The position numbers and the translations under genes are program-made. From Rhodospirillaceae bacterium (GTDB lineage: Bacteria; Pseudomonadota; Alphaproteobacteria; GCA-2721365), in contig PBKC01000059.1 of assembly GCA_002721365.1 (NCBI GenBank), positions 12,091 through 76,090 of the forward strand: a stretch of 64,000 bases of DNA, in the 5' to 3' direction. Numbering within the stretch: position 1 is the first letter of the stretch; every line of letters starts with the position of its first letter. The notes under the pieces were generated by a model, which saw nothing but the letters and a program-made list of their open reading frames with translations, searched no databases and had not been told where the DNA came from. Positions 29,920 to 40,503 of the stretch are shown piece after piece.

Positions 29920-30756
29920 TCAGACCGTGGAGATGTCGGGCGCGTCCACCGCCTTCATGCCGACGACGTTGTAGCCGCTGTCGACATGATGGGTTTCGCC
30001 GGTGACGCCCGACGACAGGTCGCTGAGCAGATAGACGCCGGCGCCGCCCACATCCTCGATGGTCGTGTTGCGGCGGAGAGGCGAGTTGTACTCGTTCCAC
30101 TTGAGGATATAGCGGAAGTCGCCGATGCCCGACGCCGCCAGGGTCTTGATCGGCCCGGCGGAGATCGCATTGACGCGAATGTTCGAAGGGCCGAGATCGA
30201 CGGCCAGATACTTGACGCTGGCCTCCAGCGCCGCCTTGGCGACACCCATCACGTTGTAATGGGGCATTACCCGCTCCGCGCCCGAATAGGTCAGCGTCAG
30301 CAGGCTGCCGCCCGAGTCCATCAGCGGCACGGCGCGCTGGCAGACGGCGGTGAACGAGTAGCAGGAGATTTCCATCGTGTGCCGGAAGTTGTCCGGCGAG
30401 GTGTTCAGGTACTTGCCCTTCAGCTGCTCCTTATCGGAGTAGGCGATGGCATGGACGACGAAGTCCAGTTTCTGCCAGCGCTTGGCAACCTCGGCAAAGG
30501 CGGCATCGATCGAATCCGGATCGCTGACATCGCAGGGCAGCACGAAATCGGACCCGAGGGACTCCGCCAGCGGGCGGACGCGCCGCTCCAGCGCTTCTCC
30601 CTGGTAGGTAAACGCCAGATCGGCCCCATGCGCCGCTACGGCACGTGCTATCCCCCATGCCAGGGAGCGGTCGTTCGCTACGCCCATGATCACCCCGCGC
30701 TTGCCCGCCAACAGAGATTGCGGGGCAGGCGTCGTGGTGGTCAGGGGGTCTCGCAT
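29920..30756 (-). CDS. fabI: Enoyl-ACP reductase (NADH)
   Basis: GVANDRSLAWGIA, YNVMGVAKAALE, ISAGPIKTLAA. Confidence 0.96.
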   Translation of the reverse strand: MRDPLTTTTPAPQSLLAGKRGVIMGVANDRSLAWGIARAVAAHGADLAFTYQGEALERRVRPLAESLGSDFVLPCDVSDPDSIDAAFAEVAKRWQKLDFVVHAIAYSDKEQLKGKYLNTSPDNFRHTMEISCYSFTAVCQRAVPLMDSGGSLLTLTYSGAERVMPHYNVMGVAKAALEASVKYLAVDLGPSNIRVNAISAGPIKTLAASGIGDFRYILKWNEYNSPLRRNTTIEDVGGAGVYLLSDLSSGVTGETHHVDSGYNVVGMKAVDAPDISTV

Positions 30757-30964
30757 GGAGTGGGGCCTCACTCAATCCAGGTTATTTTTCAATTCGGCGA
30801 AAGCGCGGCATCCTACACCAAGCCCGCTAGAGGGCAAAAGCGGCAACCGGGAAGCGCCGGGGCGAAAGATGGCCGCGAATGTGACGGCCGCCTCTGCAAC
30901 TCGACAGGAGGCGTGCTTAGATATGGCTCTGATTTGCGACCCTCGATCGGGGAGTAGGATTTCG

Positions 30965-31447
30965 ATGCGTGGAGTGTTCAAGTTTGCCGCCGTCGCCGTG
31001 ACGGCCATCGGGTTGATCGGCTGTGCTCAAGATGCCGGAAACAAGGAAATCGGCGGAACCCTGCTCGGTGCGGCGGGCGGCGGCTTGCTGGGGTCCCAGT
31101 TCGGTTCGGGCAGCGGTCAGCTCGCGGCAACCGCCGCAGGCGTGTTCCTGGGCGCTCTCCTTGGCCAGCAGGTGGGTGAGTCGCTGGACAAGGCCGATCA
31201 GGCCTATGCGTCCCGCGCTTACAGCCAGTCCCTGGAAACGGCACCGAGCGGGCAGACGACGGTGTGGCACAATCCCGACAGCGGCCATTCCGGGACCTAT
31301 ACGCCGACCCGGACCTATCAGACGGCCGAGGGTCAGTACTGCCGGGAATTCCAGCAGACGGTCGAGATCGGCGGAGAGAAGCAAAGCGCATACGGCACCG
31401 CGTGCCGCCAGCCCGACGGCACCTGGAAGATCATTTCCACGAACTGA
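30965..31447 (+). CDS. Glycine-zipper surface lipoprotein (Rickettsia 17-kDa / RT0821-Lpp0805-like), copy 1
   Basis: Lipobox LIGC, glycine zipper, WHNPDSG, YCREFQQ, GTACRQPDGTW. Confidence 0.9.
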   Translation: MRGVFKFAAVAVTAIGLIGCAQDAGNKEIGGTLLGAAGGGLLGSQFGSGSGQLAATAAGVFLGALLGQQVGESLDKADQAYASRAYSQSLETAPSGQTTVWHNPDSGHSGTYTPTRTYQTAEGQYCREFQQTVEIGGEKQSAYGTACRQPDGTWKIISTN

Positions 31448-31496
31448 CGGCGCACGACCTTCGCCTCGATTTTCCCGATCGCGGCGCTCGAACGAA

Positions 31497-31528
31497 ACGG
31501 CCCGGCCGCGGTACCGCGGCCGGGCCGT
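31497..31528. terminator. Perfect 32-bp palindrome between convergent paralogues (probable bidirectional terminator)
   Basis: ACGGCCCGGCCGCGGTACCGCGGCCGGGCCGT equals its own reverse complement; flanked by AAA and CCTTTT. Confidence 0.75.
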
Positions 31529-31554
31529 CCTTTTCCGGGGATGACCGGAACCAA

Positions 31555-32049
31555 TCAGGTCTGCATGATCTCCCAGGTACCGTCCGAGCGCCGGCAGGCG
31601 GTACCCCGATCGGTATAGGTATCGCCGTCGATCGTGACCGTCTGCTTGAACTCGCGACAATAGCGGCCGCTGTCGGTCTGGTAGGTCCGGGTCGGCGTAT
31701 AGGTCCCGGAATGGCCGCTGTCCGGATTGTTCCAGGTGGTGCTGTTCCCGGTCGGTGAGGATTCGAGCGCACGGGAATACGCCTGCTGCGCTTCCAGCTT
31801 GTCCGCCTTGTCCAGCGATTCGCCGACCTGCTGGCCCAGGAGGCCACCGAGGAACACGCCTGCGGCGGTCGCGATCAGCTGGCCACTGCCGGAGCCGATT
31901 TGCGACCCCAGCAGGCCACCGCCCGCGGCGCCCGCGACCGTTCCGACGGTTTCCTTACTACCCATGCCGCCTACTCCGCCCTGCTGACAGGCGGCGACAG
32001 ACAAGGCAATGCAGCCAACGGCGGCGATGCTGCGAATGCTTTTCATCAT
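31555..32049 (-). CDS. Glycine-zipper surface lipoprotein, copy 2
   Basis: Lipobox VAAC, glycine zipper, WNNPDSG, YCREFKQ, GTACRRSDGTW. Confidence 0.9.
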   Translation of the reverse strand: MMKSIRSIAAVGCIALSVAACQQGGVGGMGSKETVGTVAGAAGGGLLGSQIGSGSGQLIATAAGVFLGGLLGQQVGESLDKADKLEAQQAYSRALESSPTGNSTTWNNPDSGHSGTYTPTRTYQTDSGRYCREFKQTVTIDGDTYTDRGTACRRSDGTWEIMQT

Positions 32050-32193
32050 TACTAATCCTTTCCTTGCATGCTCCTCAAAAAAATCTTGCCGGGTTAACGA
32101 AACGGCCATCACGAGGCTATAGTCGGCGGCCATCGAGCAAGCACCCAGCACCCCCTTTCGAACGCTCGCCCTTTCGACAGAGTTGCCAAACAC

Positions 32194-32784
32194 ATGACGA
32201 TCCCGGTCTCCGACACCCCCATCACCCTGTTCGCCGAGTGGCTGAAAGCCGCGGAGTCGACGGAGGTGAACGATGCCAACGCGGTCTGCCTGGCAACAGC
32301 CGACGCCGACGGCATGCCGTCGGCGCGCATGGTTCTTCTGAAGCAGGCCGACGACGACGGCTTCGTCTTCTTCACCAATGTCGAAAGCCGAAAGGGAACC
32401 GAGCTTCAGGCCAATCCTCAGGCCGCCCTATGCTTTCACTGGAAGTCGGTGCGAAGGCAGGTTCGGGTCCAGGGCCGCGTGGCGCCCGTTGCGGACGAAG
32501 AGGCGGACGCCTATTTCGCGACCCGAAACCGTCAGAGCCAGATCGGGGCCTGGGCCTCGTCGCAGTCGCGGCCGCTCGAAGGACGATTCGAGCTCGAACG
32601 CCGAGTCGCCGAGGTCGCCGCGCGCTACGGGATCAGCAAGATTCCGCGGCCGCCCCACTGGTCGGGCTTCCGCCTTACCCCGGTCCGGATCGAATTCTGG
32701 GAAAACCGGCCGTTCCGCCTTCACGAACGCCTGCTCTACGAGCGCGGCGAGACCGGCTGGACGACATCGAGGCTATTCCCGTGA
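32194..32784 (+). CDS. pdxH: Pyridoxamine 5'-phosphate oxidase
   Basis: [32 protein letters not shown]...FRLHER. Confidence 0.96.
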   Translation: MTIPVSDTPITLFAEWLKAAESTEVNDANAVCLATADADGMPSARMVLLKQADDDGFVFFTNVESRKGTELQANPQAALCFHWKSVRRQVRVQGRVAPVADEEADAYFATRNRQSQIGAWASSQSRPLEGRFELERRVAEVAARYGISKIPRPPHWSGFRLTPVRIEFWENRPFRLHERLLYERGETGWTTSRLFP

Positions 32785-33719
32785 CGACATCGCCGCCGGA
32801 CGAGAGGGCGGCCCCCGGGACCCGGGCGTCCACCGAACGTCTGATGCGGCGTGCGACCTATGCTTCCATGGCCGTGGCCATTGTCTTGATATTTGTCAAG
32901 TCTGTTGCCTGGGCGATGACGGGTTCCGTCGCGATGCTGTCGACGCTGGTCGATTCGGTGCTGGATGCCGCGGCGTCGCTGATCAACCTTCTGGCCGTTC
33001 GCCATTCGCTCCAGCCGGCAGACCGCGAGCACCGATTCGGCCACGGGAAAGCCGAGCCGCTGGCCGGCCTGGGGCAGGCGATGTTCATCGGGGCGTCGTC
33101 CCTGTTCCTGCTGTATCAGGCAGGTCAGCGATTCCTGGAGCCCCAGCCGGTGGCGCAAGGAGCCGTCGGTGTCGGCGTGATGCTGCTGTCGATCGCGCTG
33201 ACGATCGCCCTCGTCGGCTTCCAGCGTCATGTCATCCGGCGAACGGGCTCGGTCGCAATCAGCGCCGATTCCCTTCACTACGCGTCCGATCTCATGGTCA
33301 ACGGCGGGGTCATCGTCGCGATGGTGCTGTCCGTCTGGTTCGGACTGCAGATCGCCGATCCCGTCATCGCTGCCTTGATCGGCCTCTACATCCTTTACAG
33401 CGCCGCGCAGATCGCGAAAGGCGCCTACGACCAGCTGATGGATCGGGAGTTCGGCGAGGCTGACCGCGTCCGGATCAAGGAAATCGTCGCCGCCCATCCG
33501 GAGGTCGGCGGACTCCATGACCTGCGGACACGCATGTCCGGAGTCCAGTCCTTCATCCAGTTCCACATCGAACTCGACGGTCAGCTGCCCCTGGCCGAAG
33601 CCCATCGCATTGCCGACGAGGTGGAAGCCGCGGTGCGGGAAGCGTTCCCCAATGCCGAGATCATCATCCACCAGGACCCCGACGACCAGGAAGACGACAC
33701 CCCCCACTTCGCGGCTTGA
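32781..33719 (+). CDS. fieF: Cation diffusion facilitator (FieF-like)
   Basis: [42 protein letters not shown] overlap with pdxH. Confidence 0.92.
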   Translation: MTTSPPDERAAPGTRASTERLMRRATYASMAVAIVLIFVKSVAWAMTGSVAMLSTLVDSVLDAAASLINLLAVRHSLQPADREHRFGHGKAEPLAGLGQAMFIGASSLFLLYQAGQRFLEPQPVAQGAVGVGVMLLSIALTIALVGFQRHVIRRTGSVAISADSLHYASDLMVNGGVIVAMVLSVWFGLQIADPVIAALIGLYILYSAAQIAKGAYDQLMDREFGEADRVRIKEIVAAHPEVGGLHDLRTRMSGVQSFIQFHIELDGQLPLAEAHRIADEVEAAVREAFPNAEIIIHQDPDDQEDDTPHFAA

Positions 33720-33746
33720 ACCCGGTTCAGCCGAGGGTGCGCGGGA

Positions 33747-34433
33747 TCAGTCGGGGGCGGGTCCGGTGTGGACGTAGAGCAGAGCGCCCGTCTCGCTTCT
33801 GGCCCAGTGGCCGCTGCCGATGGGATCGCGGGTCCAGCATCCTGGACCGAAAGTCCCATTCGGATCGACCACGTCACCCGAGATCAGAAAAATCTCCTCG
33901 ACCCGCTCATGCGCGTGCTGGGGAATCTCGCAACCCGCCTCGATGCGGATGAGCCGAATGAGTTCGCCGCGTTCATCGTCGCGGAACAGGACCGCCTGGG
34001 TGATCCCGGGGTAGCGGCCGGGCTCCCATTCCAGGGCATCGGTCTTCAACTCGATGCGCGGCCGGCCCGCGCCGGGATACTGGCCCTGCCTGACGAAGAA
34101 GGTGCATCCCTCCTTCGACTTCGGTCCGTGGCCGGTACCGGCGGGCAGCAACAGATAGGTGCCGGCGGGATAGACGCCGTCCTCATCTTCGAGAACACCG
34201 TCAATGACGTAGACCTCCTCCCCCGCCGGATGGCCGTGTCTCGGCAAGTCCGTGCCGGCCGAGTAACGGACGACGGCGGTCATGCGCGGATGGGAACCGG
34301 TCAGGTCGCGATAAACCACCTTCCGGTCGCGCCCCTGCTCGTCGACCCAGGGCATGTCGGTCGTGAACATCTCGGCCCGCGCCGAAAAGTCGACGTTAAG
34401 CTGCCCGTTTACGTTCCGATCTCCATCCGGCAT
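33747..34433 (-). CDS. ChrR-like tandem cupin protein
   Basis: Two cupin repeats: PRHGHPAGEEVYVIDG and PQHAHERVEEIFLISG. Confidence 0.88.
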   Translation of the reverse strand: MPDGDRNVNGQLNVDFSARAEMFTTDMPWVDEQGRDRKVVYRDLTGSHPRMTAVVRYSAGTDLPRHGHPAGEEVYVIDGVLEDEDGVYPAGTYLLLPAGTGHGPKSKEGCTFFVRQGQYPGAGRPRIELKTDALEWEPGRYPGITQAVLFRDDERGELIRLIRIEAGCEIPQHAHERVEEIFLISGDVVDPNGTFGPGCWTRDPIGSGHWARSETGALLYVHTGPAPD

Positions 34434-34592
34434 GGCCGTCCTCCCAGAAATCCTCGGCGGCGGCGAATGGTCGCAGCCGCGATCGCTCGATGTACTGATA
34501 CGACTCCCAACCTAGGGTCCGATCACGCAGGAGGGCATTTCTCTTTCACGACGTAGCCATCGTCACCGGCGACGGCCGTTGATCGACCGAGC

Positions 34593-36119
34593 TCAGTCGG
34601 AGTCGATGGCGGCTTTGGCCGCAGCGACGGTGTCGGGGAGGCTGCCGCCGGTATCGATCCGCCGCCAGTCCAGCGTTCCGAGGTCGTATTCCTGCTGCCG
34701 GCGCACGACCGACGCATCGGCATCGGACGCATCGTTCCGCCGTGCACCGACCCGCGCCACCAGCGTCTCCTCCGACGCCTCCAGCCACAGCCCGAGGAAC
34801 GGCACGTCCGCCGCCGCCGCAACGGCGGCGATCGCTTCTCGCTCGCCGGGCCGGGCGAACACGGCATCGACGATCACGTCGTGCCCGGCGGCGATCGCGG
34901 CGGCCGCATAACCCATGAGCTGCTCGTAGATGGCCGCGCTCGCTTCCTGCGTATAGGCATCCTTGGGAAGCGCATCTTCCGGCGCCCGACCGAAATGCCG
35001 CTTACGGATGACGTCGCTGCGCAGCACCGCCGCAGCGGGCCGCGCGCCCATATGCGGCGCGAGCGCGGCGGCAACCGTCGACTTGCCGGTTCCGGACAAT
35101 CCGCCCACCGCGACGAGGCGCGTCTGCCTGGGCTCGAGATAGAAGAGAGCCGCATCGAGATAGGCGCGGGCCTCGCCGCAAAGCGCATCGTCGCTCTGTT
35201 CCTCCCCTTCCATCGCCGAGATCATCGCCCTCACACCGGCCCGGAGCGACAGGAACAGGGGAAGTGCCGCCAGAGCCTCGAAATCGGCGGTCATCGCCAG
35301 ATAGCGGTTAAGGACGGTCCCGGCCAACGCCCTCAGGTTCCGGTGCTCCAGATCCATCAGCAGGAAGGCGAGATCGTAGAAGACGTCGATACAGGCGATC
35401 CGTTCGCTGAACTCGATGCAGTCGAACAAGGTCGGCCGGCCGTCGATCAGACAGATATTGCGAAGATGAAGATCGCCGTGGCACCGGCGAACGAACCCGC
35501 TTTCGCGTCGCCGCTCGAGCAGGGGGGCAAGACGGTCGAGACTGTCGCGCCAAGTCGACCCCAGGCGGGCGACCTTCTCTTCGTCCAGGGGGCCCGCCGC
35601 CGGTCCCTCCAGCGTTTCCATGTTGCTTTCGACAACGAAGCGAACACCTTTGTCACCGCCCTGGTCGGGACGCCGCTCCGCCTCCTGGTGAAAAGCGGCG
35701 ATTCTGTCTGCGAGACCGCGCATCAGCGGTTCGTCGAGTCCGCCGCGGCCGGCCAGTCGGTCGAACAGAGTGTCCTGGTCGAACCGCCGCATCACCACGA
35801 CCCATTCGACGGGCTCGCCATCGCCATCGAAGACAAGGCGGCCGCCCGTACGCCGCGTCACCGCCACCACCCCCTCATAGAGGGCCGGTGCCGTCCGCCG
35901 GTTCAGGGCCACTTCCGCCTCGCAAGCCGCTTTCCGGGCGGCCAGGGTCGAAAAGTCGAGGAAAGGAAAGCGAACCGCGCGCTTCATCTTGTAGACCCGG
36001 TCGCCCGCCAGGAAGACATGGTTGACGTGGGTATCGATCCGATCCACCGATCCGACCCCGTAGGTGTCAGGATCGGCGAGGAACCGAATGATCTCCGCCT
36101 GCTCTTCCGCTTCGGTCAT
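34593..36119 (-). CDS. Aminoglycoside-phosphotransferase-like domain fused to AAA_33 P-loop kinase
   Basis: RRCHGDLHLRN, FDCIEF, GGLSGTGKST, RSDVIRK. Confidence 0.9.
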   Translation of the reverse strand: MTEAEEQAEIIRFLADPDTYGVGSVDRIDTHVNHVFLAGDRVYKMKRAVRFPFLDFSTLAARKAACEAEVALNRRTAPALYEGVVAVTRRTGGRLVFDGDGEPVEWVVVMRRFDQDTLFDRLAGRGGLDEPLMRGLADRIAAFHQEAERRPDQGGDKGVRFVVESNMETLEGPAAGPLDEEKVARLGSTWRDSLDRLAPLLERRRESGFVRRCHGDLHLRNICLIDGRPTLFDCIEFSERIACIDVFYDLAFLLMDLEHRNLRALAGTVLNRYLAMTADFEALAALPLFLSLRAGVRAMISAMEGEEQSDDALCGEARAYLDAALFYLEPRQTRLVAVGGLSGTGKSTVAAALAPHMGARPAAAVLRSDVIRKRHFGRAPEDALPKDAYTQEASAAIYEQLMGYAAAAIAAGHDVIVDAVFARPGEREAIAAVAAAADVPFLGLWLEASEETLVARVGARRNDASDADASVVRRQQEYDLGTLDWRRIDTGGSLPDTVAAAKAAIDSD

Positions 36120-36499
36120 AGGTTCAACCTAGTGTCCTCTCACCGCCTCATGTACCCATTATCGTCTGACAGAACCGCGGGGCTTCAGCGCACTAACGGT
36201 GCGGACCTATGGCGGGATCGACATCGTCATGTCCGCCGTCTTGTTCCGTGCCGTGCCGTGCCGGGGCACATCGTTAGCCGGGTGGAGATGTACGCAAGAC
36301 ACGGCGATTTGAAGCGCCGGTCGATCGGATAGAGCGTTGAGCGCCGGGGCGGGTACAGTCCCTCGCACTAACATATCGGTGGTGAGCACCTTAATCTTCG
36401 ATCAGGAGAGTCCACCCGATCGGCGGTTGTCCCGGATGCATAACCCATGTCAATGCAGGACGGCGACGGGTCGGGCATATCGACCTCGAACAGAGAGGG

Positions 36500-37363
36500 A
36501 TGACGGCAATGCGCATTCGTAAGATTCTCGTGGCACTGACGGGCGCCGACAGCGACTCGGCGACGGCGGAGACCGCGTGCACCGTGGGCGGCCTCTTCGC
36601 GGCACGGGTCGAAGGGTTGTTTGCGCGACCGCGCCCCGAGGACGCCATCGCTTTCGTGGGCGAGGGGATGAGCAGCGCCGTGGTCGGCGAGATCGTCGAA
36701 GCCGCCGCCAAGGAAACCAAGGCACGTGCCGACAAGGCCGGCGCGGCCTTCGCGGCCGCCTGCAAGGCGCATGGCTATACGATCGGCGAAGCCGGCGGCA
36801 GCGGCACGGCCGCATGGTCCGAAGTGGAAGGCCTGACGGACGTGGTCATCGCGGAGCACGGCAGGCTGGCCGATCTGGTCGTCCTCGGTCATCCCGGCGG
36901 CGATGAGCCCGACCGGACCTCGATCGCCGTCGAAGGCGCACTGTTCGACAGTGGAACGCCGGTGCTGCTGGCGGGCCCGAAGGCCGCTGCCGAACCGTCC
37001 TCTTCCGTGGTCATCGCCTGGGACGGCAGCGCCCGAGCCGCAGCGGCGGTCCGCGGCGCGCTTCCCTTCCTGAAACGGGCCAAGAGCGTTCTCATCCTCA
37101 GCATCGGCAATGTCGACGAGATCGTCCCGTCACCCGCCGATCTGGTCGACTATCTCGCCCTCCACGACATCCATGCCACGACCAGCACCATGAAGGCGGA
37201 TGGCGCGGCCGGCGAACGGATCGTCGAAGGCGCCGCCGCGGAGGGCGCGACACTCCTGGTGATGGGGGCCTATGGGCACAGCCGCCTCCGCGAGATGGTG
37301 CTGGGGGGTGCCACCCGCAGCGTCCTCGACAAGGCGGGACTGCCGGTCCTGATGGCCCATTAG
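36500..37363 (+). CDS. Universal stress protein (tandem USP)
   Basis: VIAWDGS; LLVMGAYGHSRLREMVLGGATR. Confidence 0.92.
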   Translation: MTAMRIRKILVALTGADSDSATAETACTVGGLFAARVEGLFARPRPEDAIAFVGEGMSSAVVGEIVEAAAKETKARADKAGAAFAAACKAHGYTIGEAGGSGTAAWSEVEGLTDVVIAEHGRLADLVVLGHPGGDEPDRTSIAVEGALFDSGTPVLLAGPKAAAEPSSSVVIAWDGSARAAAAVRGALPFLKRAKSVLILSIGNVDEIVPSPADLVDYLALHDIHATTSTMKADGAAGERIVEGAAAEGATLLVMGAYGHSRLREMVLGGATRSVLDKAGLPVLMAH

Positions 37364-37528
37364 CGTGTCAGGCGCCCGAGAAAGGGCGCGGCCCGGTGCG
37401 CTGTTCCAACGACAACGAGCGCCTCTCGATCGGACGGAGTCACGCGGCCGAGAGGTGTTTCGGGGGAAGACGATAGAAGGCGGGACCATCAGCCCGCCAT
37501 CACAAGAGGCAGAGAGAGGGAGGATTGA

Positions 37529-37906
37529 ATGACGATCTCGTCGGTGCGGCTCGAACTCGCCCGCAACCCAGGCTTTCCCGACGGCAGCGCCGAGCATGGC
37601 TACGAGATGCACCTGCCTCTGACAGCCGACGGCCATATCAACGCCGATAGCTGGCGGCAAAACCGCGCGGTCTGCACCGTCAGGCGGTTCTGGGGCACGG
37701 AAGCGGAGGAGCACGGCCATCTGGTCCATGCCCGCGATGGAAGCTGGCGCTTCACCTACGACCTGGATGCCGATCCCGAACCCGACGAGCCGATCTTTCG
37801 TTTCGACAGCCACGTCTTCAAGACGGGGGAATATCTGACCGTCATCGAACCGGACGGGAAGCCGCTGACCTTCCGCGTCGTCGACGTGCGGCCGCTGGGT
37901 ATCTAG
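37529..37906 (+). CDS. Conserved hypothetical protein
   Basis: SD GAGGA; RLELARNPGFPDGS..GYE..PL..DG and H.F..GEYL motifs. Confidence 0.8.
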   Translation: MTISSVRLELARNPGFPDGSAEHGYEMHLPLTADGHINADSWRQNRAVCTVRRFWGTEAEEHGHLVHARDGSWRFTYDLDADPEPDEPIFRFDSHVFKTGEYLTVIEPDGKPLTFRVVDVRPLGI

Positions 37907-37956
37907 ATCGAGGTCGTCTCAGGTCGAAACGGCCTGAGACGTAAGGTCATCGCGCT

Positions 37957-38592
37957 CTAGGCGACCAACTCGAAACGACGGGTTTCGCCTCGACCGGAGG
38001 CGAGGCTGGCCGCGGCGTTATAGGCCCCCGCAACCACCGTCCCGACGATGTCCGAGATCGCGCCGGCGTCCTCGGCCGGCGCGGCGCCCGGCTTTTCCGC
38101 CTCGCCGCCGGACCGCGCCTGGTTGAGTTCGGCCTGGGCCGCCAGCCGGATCTGCTCCGCCTTCGCGGCGACGGCGCGGTCCTGGCCGGAGGGTTCCGAC
38201 GGTGCCAAGGCGGCACGCTTCACGATGGTCATCTTGTCGACGGTCGCCTGCGGATCGCCCGGAACAGGCGCCACGTCGATCGAGACTTCGCCGCCCACGG
38301 CATATTGCTGGCCGTTCGGGCCGCGCTGGAATTCGTAATGAATCGCGCCGGTGAACGCGCCGCCGACGGAACGATGCGCCTGCTCGTGTCGTCGCACCTC
38401 CGCGTCCCGCTTCTTCAATTCGGTAACAGCGGCCGTTTCACCCTTCGAAGGTGCAGCGGCCTCGGCGACGGGCTTTTTCGCCTCGTCCGACCGCGCGTCC
38501 GGCGGGCCGGCCGCGTCGACCGGCTCCGCCGTTCTGCGGAGCGCCGTCGCCGAAACTTGCTGCTGGAAAGCGAAGCTTACGCCGCCGATCAT
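37957..38592 (-). CDS. SprA-related family protein
   Basis: RDAEVRRHEQAH, GPNGQQYAVGGEV, AALAPSEPSGQDRAVA. Confidence 0.88.
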   Translation of the reverse strand: MIGGVSFAFQQQVSATALRRTAEPVDAAGPPDARSDEAKKPVAEAAAPSKGETAAVTELKKRDAEVRRHEQAHRSVGGAFTGAIHYEFQRGPNGQQYAVGGEVSIDVAPVPGDPQATVDKMTIVKRAALAPSEPSGQDRAVAAKAEQIRLAAQAELNQARSGGEAEKPGAAPAEDAGAISDIVGTVVAGAYNAAASLASGRGETRRFELVA

Positions 38593-38913
38593 TTCCGATT
38601 GCCGCTCTCGGCCGGTAGTTCCGCAATAATAACGAGTTCGGAGGGGATATTCACCCTCCCTGGTTCACTAGAACCAAAATGTCACGGCAAAGCGTCATCA
38701 GACCGCTACTCAGACGGTTACGGTGAGCAGTTTATACCGTCTTGTGAGAGAGACTGAATCCTGTTGTCAGGGTTTTGGAATTCCCCCACACTCAACAATA
38801 CCCGTAGGGTGTCGGCGGATCGGATGATCACCGATGCGCCGGAGAAGGGAGGGACTACGTCGTCGCGACGGCGGGTCCGATAAAAAAATAATTCAGGAAG
38901 GGAGCTCTCCTCG

Positions 38914-40416
38914 ATGGGCATTTATCTCGACAAGGAAGAACTGTCACGCACGGCTCCAGCAGACGAGTTGGAGTTCAAGTCACCCGTACCGACGCAGATC
39001 GTTTCCAACGGCGAATTCAACCCGATGCCGCAGACGGCCCAGCAGAAGCAGGTCGAAGAGCGGCTGAAGGATCTTGCCGACACGTATGGCGCGAAAATGG
39101 GGCTCAACCGCCGCCAGTTCCTGCAGACCAGCTGCGGTATGGCCGCCGCCTTCGTCGCCATGAATCAGGTATTCGGACCAGTCTGGCAGGTCAGCGAGGC
39201 CGAGGCCGCGGACACGGAAATGATGTCGGCCCGGTCGAAGGCGCTGAAGAACCAGTTCATCATCGACGACCAGACCCATTTCGTCCGCGACGATTTCGAG
39301 CAGGAGGGGCTGCTCGGCCTGGGTCAGTACGCGTCCGAGCACTGGAACCCGTCGATGCTCAACGACATCGGCCTGACGCTCGAACGCTACAAGTTCGAGA
39401 ACTACCTGAAGGAAGTCTATTTCGACAGCGAGACGGACATCGCCCTGTTGAGCGGCGCGCCGTTCGACGATCCGGCTTGGTGGCTTCTCAGCAATGACGG
39501 CATCAACAAGGCCCGCCATGTGGTCAACGAGGTTGCCGGCGGTCGCCGCCTGCTCGGCCATTTCGTCATCACCCCCGGCCAGGACGGCTGGATGGACGAG
39601 GTCGATCGGGCCATCGCCGAGATCAAGCCGGAGGCCTGGAAGGGCTACACGATCGGCGATCCGCTGGCCCCGTCGAAGTTCCCGTGGCGGCTGGACGACG
39701 AGAAGCTGATGTACCCCTTCTACGAGAAGGCGCTGAAGGCGGGCATCAACACCATCGCCATCCACAAGGGCCTGCTGCCGAAGAACTACGAGGAAGCCTT
39801 CGCCGGCGTGTGGCAGTACGCCACGGTCGACGACCTGCCGAAGGCGGCCAAGGACTGGCCGGAGATGAACTTCGTCATGTACCACTCGGCGCTGCGTCCG
39901 TTCCTGGACAAGCCCGACGACGAAATGGCCGAGTTCGAGAAGAGCGGCTACATCAAGTGGTCGACCGATCTCGCCCGCATGCCGAAGGAGCACGGCGTCA
40001 ACAACGTCTATGCGGAGATCGGCACCGCCTTCGCCAACTCCGCGGTCGCCAATCCGCGCTTCGCGGCGGCCTTTATCGGCCAGCTCGTGAACGAGATGGG
40101 CGCCGACCGGGTGATCTGGGGCACGGACTCGGTTTGGTACGGCTCGCCGCAGTGGCAGATCGAGGCCATGCGCCGTCTCGAGATCCCCGAGGACATGCTG
40201 GACAAGATGGGCTGGCAGCCGCTCGGCCCGGCCGACAGCGCCATCAAGAACCAGATCTTCGCCTACAACTCGGCGCGGCTCTATAAGGTCGACATGCGGG
40301 CGGATCTCGAACCCGTCAGCACCGACAAGCTGTCGATCATGAAGGCCGCCTACGAACAGGAAGGTCCGGCGCGCAGCAATGCCGCCTACGGCTACGTGGC
40401 CAAGAAGACCGCCTGA
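38914..40416 (+). CDS. Amidohydrolase family protein
   Basis: DDQTH, IHKG, YHS, YAEIG, WGTDS metal-binding motifs. Confidence 0.9.
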   Translation: MGIYLDKEELSRTAPADELEFKSPVPTQIVSNGEFNPMPQTAQQKQVEERLKDLADTYGAKMGLNRRQFLQTSCGMAAAFVAMNQVFGPVWQVSEAEAADTEMMSARSKALKNQFIIDDQTHFVRDDFEQEGLLGLGQYASEHWNPSMLNDIGLTLERYKFENYLKEVYFDSETDIALLSGAPFDDPAWWLLSNDGINKARHVVNEVAGGRRLLGHFVITPGQDGWMDEVDRAIAEIKPEAWKGYTIGDPLAPSKFPWRLDDEKLMYPFYEKALKAGINTIAIHKGLLPKNYEEAFAGVWQYATVDDLPKAAKDWPEMNFVMYHSALRPFLDKPDDEMAEFEKSGYIKWSTDLARMPKEHGVNNVYAEIGTAFANSAVANPRFAAAFIGQLVNEMGADRVIWGTDSVWYGSPQWQIEAMRRLEIPEDMLDKMGWQPLGPADSAIKNQIFAYNSARLYKVDMRADLEPVSTDKLSIMKAAYEQEGPARSNAAYGYVAKKTA

Positions 40417-40468
40417 TCACCGGTCTGCGCCGGGCGGCGATGCCGCCCGACGACATGGTTCGCATCCG

Positions 40469-40503
40469 GGCCGGGGAAGCACCGCTTCCCCGGCCATTCT
40501 TTT
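40469..40503 (+). terminator. Rho-independent terminator
   Basis: GGCCGGGGAAGC-ACC-GCTTCCCCGGCC followed by ATTCTTTT. Confidence 0.8.

Noticed and set aside
36120-36499. FNR/FixK box upstream of the USP gene
   Set aside because: The best match (TTGA-N6-TTAT on the minus strand) is too degenerate.
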